The notes under the pieces: model-generated
The model's input: the letters and a program-made list of their open reading frames with translations, nothing else
Databases searched by the model: none
What the model was told of the DNA's origin: nothing
Translations under genes and position numbers: made by a program
Assembly: GCA_051362555.1 (NCBI GenBank)
Contig: CM120644.1
Span: forward strand, 15,212,534-15,276,533
Direction: 5' to 3'
Source of the DNA: Lingula anatina
Taxonomy: Eukaryota > Animalia > Brachiopoda
Length of the DNA: 64,000 nt
In this document: piece after piece, positions 54,046 to 64,000 of the stretch
Numbering within the stretch: the first letter of the stretch is position 1
Layout: every line of letters starts with the position of its first letter

Positions 54046-57000
54046 ATGTCGATGCCAGCGGATTTCGAGTCCTTACAACCCGAAGCCCAAGCCTTCGTTC
54101 GAGACCTAATAGACAAACAGATCAGGGGAGACGCAGACTGGACGGTTACCAGGAAAGAAGCGTCAGAAGCAACTGCCGAGGCGACAAAAGAGGCCGCTTA
54201 CGACTTCAAGGGAACGAGGAGAGAAATCGGTATTCCGTCACCGCACCTGAAAGGTATTGTATGGTCTAATACCGGTGTGGCAAGAATAGTAGTCCTAGGA
54301 ATGAAAGTCCGGGGTTCTATATGATTAGTACAGGTTAGGGATAGTCGGAGTATTGGAATTAGTTTATAGGGCGTATGTCACCTGTGCAAAATAATTAGGA
54401 ACGGACTACGGTTTTTAACGGACTACATTACATGTTATGTAGCAATAAAAACGTGCCATAATTTTTTAAGATTTATGCTTTATTTGTCCGGGCTAATTTT
54501 TTTTTTTTTTTGCAAAACCGAGCCCTGTTTGGAAATATTGGCTCATTGACGCGCGTTTTAGTGCAAGGTGAGGCGCTGGGAAATAACACAATACCCTGAC
54601 TCATTAGCATCTAGGGTATATTGCACACAGGGTCTGTGTCCTTGGCGCCTTTTGAATGGGTCTCCAGTGAATGAATTTTTCACGAAGTTGTGTTAATGCT
54701 GGTACTCGGGCGTCCCGTGTCTAGACGAGTGCAACTCCCATACCTGGCAAAAGTACATTGGCCGTACTATATAGGATAATCTTGCCGTAATAAACGATAT
54801 ACCTTACCCTAGCTAATCACTTATAGAAGAACAGGTTACATGTTACTTATTAAGAGCTATATAGTAAGGATAGATCCCCATTGCATGTAGAGAAATAGGC
54901 TTTTCGTTCATGAGGTCTAAGATACAAATAAATTCACAAGTTATAACATTATGAAAACAAAAAAACGCTGTTTTTTTCCATTGGATATATTCAGATATCC
55001 GCACGAGACATCTGTCTTAGTATAGTGCCCTATACATCGCGCAGGAACTAGAACAATGTATTATTAAATTTTGAACCATTTAGCATAACATGAATAGAAA
55101 CGATTTATGTCATGCTTAAAGGCTCTTAGTCGTATGAAGAATTTCTCATTCATTTTAGAACCATTAAGCATACCATGAATCGTTTGTATTCCTATTAATT
55201 TCAGAGGGCCTTATAGCGTGGGTTTACACCCCGGCCAATTGCCCCAAGAACCCCCCAATCCTTGTGTACTTTCACGGCGGAGGCTGGGTCATCTGCACTT
55301 TGGACGATGTGGATACCTTTTTGAAGATGCTTACTGAGTAAGTCTTTTTTAATTTACAGTTGTAAACACAAGAAAAAAATCTTTTCAGATGTTTTTGAAG
55401 ATGCGGACTCAGTTATTACAATTTGCTAACGATGGAAGTATCTCCTAAAACATTTCGAAAGTACTGACAAAGTAAGTTCGTTTACAATGTGTTGAACACA
55501 AAAAAATTTCTCCTGAAAATACTTTTGTAAAGGTGTTGTCTGAGTACGCCTTTTTGCAATTTCTTTAGCACAACAAACATCTTTTCTGAAGTACTTTAGT
55601 GGAGCTGTTGATGTCCCCTTTCCTTTGCTCAGCACAACAAAAGCCTCTCCTGAAATGGTATGCTTTAGATATCATAGAAATCCCTTTGGCACTAAACTTA
55701 TTATCAGTCAAATGTGTATGGCAGAAAGAAAAAAAAAAAACAGATAGTATTACAAACCATTCACAAATAAGTCTGTTGATGGTAGTAATAAAGCTCGGGT
55801 AATTTATGAATTCTTGCATGCTCTTACTTTTCGATCTTTTAAATAGGGGTTGCACTGTCATTTTAAAACTCGGTTGTGATTGCTGCCCATTTACTAGGGT
55901 TTAAATGGCAACGCGGTCGACTTTATGTAGTGGGCTTTTCAGATATTGCAGTTTAAGTAACTATTAACTAATTGTTAACACCGTTTTCTTTATTGTAAAG
56001 TCAGTCATTGATGTTTTACTTCTAGTACCGCCAACTGCATCATAGTGAGCGTAGACTATCGACTAGCACCAGAGAACAAATATCCCGCTGCCATTGACGA
56101 CGCCGAGACTGCCGCAAAATGGGTTCTGGGGAACAAGGAATCTGTCGGTAAACATATAGACAGACATAACGTTGTTGTAACGATAATGACAAACGCATTG
56201 GAAGAAAGATACACACTGGTAGATGAAATACATGTTAGATAAATTGATAAATTAATTTGGTAAATTCAATCAACATATCAATTTACAGTATCGATAACAT
56301 CAATAAATATTTACATAAAAACGTTTATGATAGATTTATCACAAAATTATTGCAGTTAATCATTGAAAAAATATTAAAGGCTACTGACAATAAAACGCTT
56401 CCATTTGTTTTTGATCATTTAAAGATAAGTTGAAATGACGTCTTAGTTTGTCAAAATTCCTGTGCACTAGGCGGCAGCACGCTCAGCAAGGTTGGTGTCA
56501 TAGGTGACAGCGCGGGAGGACATCTATCGGCCTGTGTGTCACATGATGTCCCAGGAATAGCATTTCAGGTAAAATGTTGCGTTCACCTTTTTCTCTTGCA
56601 GCTATTTTTGTTAAATTTATTTTTGGAATTTTGACCATTAGAAGTGTTTGAATAATTTTCAATAAAGAAAACTAGCCAAACTCGTATACCTGGAAACAAA
56701 ATGGTTTTCGAAAAGCACAGAAAAACTAAAGGGGCTCGTTTTTAATTAAAAAAGACAAAGACGAAAAAAGAAAGAAAGAAAGAAAGAAACTGGAAACGGA
56801 AGCTCTAAAATTCCCATTTCCTTCGTCATTATATTAAGTAAACAATATGCAATGCACACTACAATGTAATCATTTCATTGTGTTTTCTCGTCTGACAAAA
56901 TGAGAAACAAACTACATCTACAATGCCAAATCTTTACAGACTTAATACGCGCCACGAATTGCCTGTCAATCTAAGTTCAGTGGCTAAGAAATGATGGCAT

Positions 57001-58493
57001 ATACATGTTCTATCCCAGGTGCTCATCTATCCGGTGACGGATATGCGGATTGACACCCGGGAGTCGTACAAACGCTATGCTGATGGCTATGTCCTAACCA
57101 CTGAGGCTATGTACTGGTAAGTACGAGCAGTAAACTTGAATTCTAGCGTGAACTTAATACTGGTGGCCAATATTAAGTGATTTTGTACATTTAGGGTAAT
57201 TTTAAAATCTGCTCACGGATCCAGATTGTAGATTTTTACATTTGTCTCATATTTAGGCTGTAGCATATTAATACATACATGGTACTTCAAATTAAAATAG
57301 ATACCCATGTCAAATAAAACAGGCTTCTACAGCGGTAGATGCGTTGCATGTTTAGGTCGTACAGCTGCATGTAAAATCGACATTTGGTTTACAGAGGTTC
57401 AAAGCGTGTGAATATTTACAGCAGTGGTGGATTTTGGCGGGGGTCAGGTGGGTCCTGACCCCCTTTGATTTCTGAAAAAAATCACTTTAACAGTCCCCTC
57501 TTAAATTATAATTGTTGACTAGCTAAATCATAGTTCTCAACCTTACCAAATGGCACCGTTCGACCTCCAAACACCGAAAATTTTAGAAGCCCATACCTAG
57601 AGGGGCGAGGGTTGGCTTCCCATCCAAGACCTGGCATTCCTAAGAAGAAAAGAAAAAAAAAATGGACCCCTAGCTCCTTCAAAAAAATTTGGAGCCGCTC
57701 CTAATCGATACCTGTAGCAGCTTCATCGAGGTTCAAAGTCTTCGCGGTTCCTTCCTTTACATGTACCTGTATATCAATTAAGCATTTTGCTATGGTCTCG
57801 TTTTCAAGGTATGTAAATCACTTCCTCCACAACGAGGCTGAGAGGTCGGATCCACGTGCCTCTCCAATTCTCCGGACTAAGTTCGACCACCTTCCACCGG
57901 CTTTTTACGTGGCTGCCACCCACGATGTCCTGTTTGACGAAGGGATGGGTAAATTTTATCTATTAACCTATTGATGAGTTAATTAATTCATTAATTCGCT
58001 TTATTAAAATATTATTTTTCATGTAGCTTTATATATAGTATGTTAATTATTTTAGTAAGTTGACTACATGTACTGGTATTTAAATGCTTATTTAGTGATG
58101 AATCTATCTGTGATTATATCTTTATTTTTCTGTTCCATGTTATTTTAAAGGTTCAAAGGGCTTCTTGTGTCCGACCGAACCTAATATATTTAAATAAAAT
58201 CATCAAAGATACAAAAAGTTACGGTGTACATCTGACTTTACAGAAACTGTCAAATTACGTATCCATTTTTTAGATAATACCACAGTCACGCCACATGTTT
58301 GTCTTTTAGAATATGCCCAAAAACTGAAAGAAGCGGGTGTAACGATTGAAACCCTTATGTTAGAGGGCATCACCCACTGTGTGGTTAATTTCCCAAGTAA
58401 GTTATATTTATGTTCATAGTGTACAATTCAGTATAGCATTTCAGCATTTAGATACACTTAGAATTCTGATAGACATCAATTCATAATGATAGC

Positions 58494-58530
<37 letters not shown>

Positions 58531-58727
58531 TACATCGTTACTGTTAGTTTCCATAAGATAGTTAATCCCCACCCATCCAGCCTCCCGAATGCACACACCA
58601 CTACATCTTTCTGTACTACAATGTATGCCTAACAGTGCCTACTTGTTATTTTTCAGATTATTACAAAGAGACGGACGCCATGATATGCAGGAAGATTGCA
58701 GAGTTCGTAAAAAAGCATTCTGAGTAA
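54046..58727 (+). CDS. HSL-family carboxylesterase copy 3, 318 aa, 8 exons: 54046-54253, 55205-55337, 56026-56147, 56471-56568, 57019-57116, 57809-57948, 58310-58396, 58657-58727
   Basis: Identical exon architecture; [24 protein letters not shown] intact; no stops. Confidence 0.95.
57422..57703 (-). mobile_element. hAT-like element in copy 3 intron 5 (absent in copy 2)
   Basis: Inverted homologue of 9295-9592 (cagtggtggattttggcggggtcagg..tcctgacccc). Confidence 0.6.
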
Positions 58728-59058
58728 ACATCCGCCGTATCAGCATTAAACATCAGAAGCAAGGCGTGCTCATATAGCTGAGAATTTACTGCAAGATAGG
58801 ATCCACTGGTAATTAATTAACAGCGCCATCTATCGTTTGGTTACAGCGGGGTATTAGTTATACATGCATATGCTTTCGACACCCAATATTCAATATTCAT
58901 ACATGTATGCCGATTAGTCCGTCGGGTTTATAGATTTCGATGATTTCGATGGTTTAAGGAAAGGAATGCATTGGTATTTTTTAAACAAATTATATAAAGT
59001 TAACACGTTTGACGTAACACGACTTTGTTTTCAATTCACTCCAGGCAAAGATTAGGTA

Positions 59059-59648
59059 TATGTCAAAGGCCCGAACCAAATCTAGTCCCATGCATAAAAA
59101 GCCCAGACCCCATGTTTATTACGCCCTGGCTGGGCTCATTCTTTATGGTGTCTTTGTATTGTTAACAGCATAATGGGCAAGTTAAATGACCAAGTTAATT
59201 GACCAAGTTAATTGGCCAAACTGCCAGTTTGTTTGTATGGCATGTGCAGGAGATGTCTTAGATCAAGGCACAATTGAAGCCCACCTTTAATTTAACATTT
59301 CTTTAGTAAATGTTACTAAATCAATCTACATGTCTTTTCTTTAAACATTAAACATCTTTAAAAGTATCATCCTCTGATGTATTTTACAAATCACAGGTAA
59401 TGAAATACAAGTATATCTCATTTGCCACACCTATTAGTATCATTATATGTGCCTTGATCTTAGACATCCCCTGCACATGCCATACAAACAAACCGGCAGC
59501 TTGGCCAATTAACTTGGTCATTTAACTTGCCCATTATGCTGTTAACAATGCAAAGACACCATAAAGAATGGGCCCAGCCAGGGCGTAATAAACATGGGGT
59601 CTGGGCTTTTTATTCATAGGACTAGATTTGATCCAGGCCTTTGACATA
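59059..59648. mobile_element. 590-bp foldback MITE with ~200-bp TIRs and TA TSD (Tc1/mariner-type target)
   Basis: aggTA|tatgtcaaaggcc...ggcctttgacata|TAcatg; empty site aggTAaatg at ~51697-51705 in the copy 2 3' flank. Confidence 0.9.
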
Positions 59649-62109
59649 TACATGCCCTGAGGTCTTTCCTTATTTTGTTATAACGCTGTAACAAGTGATT
59701 ATACTTACTTGGTCGGGCAGGAAAATGTTTTTTGTTTGTTTGTTAGTTACTTTGTTTGTTTGTTTTGAAAAACAATGCAGCTACATGCAATTTTCATGTG
59801 TAGACAATACACATAGAGGGAATAAATGAGTGATATATCAACTGTTTTTAAATTACGGTTAATGTACATGAGTCTACATGAGCTGTAGTGATCTAACAAT
59901 ATATGATGAAGTAATTCAACATAATTTGATGTTTTCAAATTACAAATAATTATGCAAAACCAACAGGAAAAGCGAATACGTGACATATGTATCTCTACAA
60001 GTGAAAACAACTTTGATCTGATTATGAGTAGAATTATCTTTAATTATCCATCAAGAAATTACTGTTCAAATAAAATGAAAAGATGACACATGACAAACCA
60101 CCAAATAAGCATCGGTAGTTGAAAATGCTTTGAGTGCATAATAATGAGCTTCACAGTTAGCATACATTATATCAATATGAAATGTTTTAGTCCTGTAGCA
60201 AATAGCAAAAATGTAGGCCTGCCGCAAATGTCCAGGTGTTTTATCGTGCAAACGAGGCATGAATACTCTTTTGCAAAAATGTTGCAAACTTCTGATGCTC
60301 CTATAAATATGCAACAATGCAACGTTTCATTGCAAGCTCCTGAAGCGTCTTAAGAATGTTCGCCGCAAAGTAAATAGTTTCCGTTTGCCACGGATGTCAA
60401 AATGTTCATCAAAGCTTAGGATTTGTTGCACACTTCCTTTGAAATTCCTGACCTGCGGAGTGAATCCACTTCTTGCACACTGAAAAAGCAACGGTCAGTT
60501 ATTGGTCAACAACTTCGTCTATGCTTACACAATGACAACACGGTGTCAAATAACTTCAAGCGTTATTATACTGAACACAATAATAAAAAAGAGAACGGTT
60601 ATCATTGACTTTGTCTGATAGTGAAAAAACGGTTGATCAATGAAGTAAATGCAAAATGCATTTATCATTTTGTATTTCCGTAAATTCCTTAACTGTTAAA
60701 TTCCTTAGAAAAAAGCATTTCATTAAAATCAGAAGCAAGTGCAAGCAATCGATCAGAAGGACAGACGCCCCCTTCTTTTTTTAAAATCAAATATGCACAG
60801 CGTCAGGAGTGCGTCTATGTATAGAAAGTTCATGTTATGCACATACCCCATTTTGATCCCGATAAGACTGGGCATGCCGCGTGCCTCGTGCGATAATCTC
60901 TAATACCGCTCTGTCAGAGGTTGTACCAGAACACAGCAGACGCCTGAAAAATGCCGTTATCAATGTACTTTGAGGTAAGAATATTTTATTAGTTTTATTT
61001 AAAAAGTAACTTCTCTGGAATCTTCAAAACATAGAAGTAACGTCTTGTTGACAATGCCAGTACTGTCATTACGAGTTTGGAATTTAAAATATTTAAAAAA
61101 AAGATCTTACCTTTTTCGGTAACACTTGAACCCCAAGTCTTGTGAATACCGTCGCTCCTTCTGCTTCGACATCTGACATCTAGATACAAAGGATTATTTT
61201 AATATTTATTATATAGATTATTACACTAAAAAAGGAACATTATTTTTTTTTAGGAAATCGTCCATCGACATTGCCCACTAATAAGTCACTTACAACGCTA
61301 ATCATACTGAATATATTAATAGGAAAAGTGAAATTCAATATTTGAAAATGCGCTGCTCATGTCAATTAAACTTACGTATACTAACACGGTGGCTATTCTA
61401 TTGCCCGTCTCTCCAAGAATATCTGGCTCGCTTTTCTAACATAAGAATAGAATTTGTGTCTGCATCAAAATCATTTTGATGTAAGGTGTAAGCATTTTAT
61501 TCAAATCTTCACATCTATTTAGTATACAACACACGATATAATAGGGCCTTAAACACAGACACTTTACCCAGACAGCGGCGTGACCCAATTATTATTATTG
61601 TAACTCAGGTAAATACAGCCCAATCTTCAGTTGTGTGAAATAGGTCATTCAAAGTAAGGTAACATCAAGGTTATTTGCATGCAATTTTGTCCCTAGACAA
61701 TTCTGCAGCGGTGGTGAGTATATAGTGATTAACAAACACTGTATATAATATAATATAAGGGGTCGTGTGACAGTTCCGTCTTAAAATTAACCGGCTCTAT
61801 CAGTATCGAGGGCGAAAGGCGAACTCCATTCACTGTTGAAAGAAGTCTAGTGCTTAGACATTGTACAATGTGATCATACATGACCTATATATAAACGAAT
61901 ATCACAAACCATGCAGCTACAGCATAAGCTTATATAAGTGAAGCAGAGAGCATTTACTAAGCAATACACGCTGCATGAAAGCTGTGTATTCTTCTGATTA
62001 ATTGCGATTTGACATAAAGTGAAACTAAAAATAGATATTAAAAATAACCATCCCTGCAGCCTAAGCCCTTGAAATGCATTCCTTTTTTAAGCCAATCGAG
62101 TAGAACGCG

Positions 62110-63925
62110 ATGTCGATGCCAGCAGATTTCGAGTCCTTACAACCAGAAGGCAAAGCCTTCGTTCGAGACCGAATAGACAAACAGGTCAGGGGAGACGAAG
62201 ATTGGCATGTTACCAGGAAAGAAACGTCAGAAGCGATTGCCGAGGCGACAAAAGAGGCCGCTTACGACTTCAAGGGGACGAGGGGAGAAATCACTATTCC
62301 GTCACCGCACGTGAAAGGTATTTTATGGTCTGATACCAGTGTGACAAAAATAGTAGTCCTAGGAATGAAACCCCGGGTTTTCTTTATGATAAGTACAGGT
62401 TAGGGTTAGTCTAAGTATTGGGATTAGTATATAGGACGAATGTCATCTGTCCAAAGTAATGGGGAACGGACCACGGTTCCTGACGGACTGCCTTACATGT
62501 TGTATAGGAATAAAAACATAATTAAGTTTTCAGATTTATTCTTTATTTGTCTGGTCTAAACCTTGCTTGCAAAACCGAGCCCTGTATGGAAATATTGGCT
62601 CACTGACGTGTGGTTTGGTGTAGGGGAAGTTGCTTAGAGGTACCACAATTCCCTGACTCATTGGCATCTAGGGTATATATTGCACACAGGGCCTGTGTCC
62701 TTTGCGCCTCTTGAATTGGCCTCCACTGGGATGATTTGATAGGATATCATCACAGATTATGTTAATGAGGCCATTCCGAATAGGGGACTAACTAGTCCGA
62801 GGGTCAAATATGGCCGACTCACTTGAATACTTTCCCACGGGATATCTATATTCAGTGTCTATTAGCGGATTAGACGGCAAACTTTGTACATGTAGTGGGT
62901 CGCAATATTTGACCCTCAGACTACTTAGTCCCCTATTCTGAATGGGGCCTATGCTGATACTCGGGTGTTACTTGTCTAGATGAGTGCAATTCCAATACGT
63001 GACATACATTTGGATGCATTTGCCGTACTGTATTATAGGATAACCCTTGCCATACTATACGGTACACCTTTCACCAGTTACGCACATAGAAGAAGTTCCA
63101 TGTACTTATTAAGGCAATACGCCAAGAATAAGTCTCCATTGCCTTCAGGGAGATAGGCTTTACGTTTATGAGGTCTAGATAAAGATAAGTTCGCAAGTTA
63201 TAAACATTATGCAAACAAATAACGCTGTTTTCATCGGATAGGTTCATAAATATACCACACCAGACGTCATTTTGACCTAGAATATTGTCTTAAATATTAC
63301 ATGGGATCAAAAGCGATATATTATTCAATTAAGAATGGCAAGAATCGTTTGTACTCGTACAAATTTCAGAGGGCCTTCCAGCGTGGGTTTACACCCCAGC
63401 CAATTGCCCCAAGAATCCCCCAATCCTTGTATACTTCCATGGCGGAGGCTGGGTCATCTGCACTTTGAACGATGTGGATACCTTTGTGAAGATGCTTACT
63501 GAGTAAGTCCCTTTTAATTTATAGTTTCAATAAACACGGGAAAAAATCTTTTGAAAAGATGTTATTGAAAGATGCCTACTCTGTAAACCATTTTACATTT
63601 TGCTAACGATGGAAGTCTCTCTTAAAACATTTAAAAGATACTGACAGAATAAGTTTGTTTACAATATGTTAAACACAACAAAATCTTTCCTGAAAATGCT
63701 TTTGTGAAGATGCTGGCTGAGAACGCCTTTCGGTAAAATTCAACCAATTTAAACATTGATTTCATTTTTTATGAAGTCGGTCATTGATTTTTTTTACTTT
63801 TAGTACCGCCAAATGCATCATAGTGAGCGTGGATTACCGCCTGGCACCAGAGCACAAATATCCCGCCGCCATTGACGACGCCGAGACTGCCGCCAAATGG
63901 GTTCTGGAGAACAAGGAATCTGTCG
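62110..63925 (+). CDS. HSL-family carboxylesterase copy 4, first three exons (62110-62317, 63370-63502, 63804-63925); gene continues beyond window
   Basis: Same exon lengths and motifs ([21 protein letters not shown]). Confidence 0.93.
62768..62950. mobile_element. Palindromic MITE with ATG TSD in copy 4 intron 1 (same insertion as 47688-47854)
   Basis: atg|aggccattccgaataggggac..gtcccctattctgaatggggcct|atg. Confidence 0.85.
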
Positions 63926-64000
63926 GTAAATACATAATACAAATACTTTGTTGTTAACGATAATAAAAAACGCATTTTAAAAAAGATACGTACATGAAGA

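Noticed and set aside
41769-63975. Minus-strand ORFs overlapping esterase exons (41769-41993, 42509-42730, 48904-49223, 63781-63975)
   Set aside because: Antisense shadows of esterase exons running into introns

Overview
AT-rich, intron- and microsatellite-laden animal genomic DNA, most likely a marine invertebrate (taxon not determinable from sequence alone). The ORF track is largely uninformative because the real genes are spliced. From left to right: (1) a 5'-truncated L1/Tx1-clade LINE ORF2 on the minus strand, read by eye as open (1-1722; runs off the window and is missing from the ORF track). (2) A probable decayed three-exon gene on the minus strand (3.1-4.2 kb). (3) A ~30 kb gene-poor stretch with Harbinger/Tourist-type palindromic MITEs, hAT-like elements, a local duplication carrying an invariant NF-kB + STAT motif core, and a Penelope-like repeat cluster (28.7-32.0 kb) holding four minimal hammerhead-ribozyme-like motifs in both orientations. 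(4) A 4-exon CTR/SLC31 copper transporter (175 aa) lacking the canonical pre-TM1 methionines and the C-terminal HCH. (5) A tandem array of at least four 8-exon, 318-aa HSL-family (family IV, Abhydrolase_3) esterase genes with no evident signal peptide, showing mosaic duplication history and paralogue-specific transposon insertions. All gene models and translations were done by eye.
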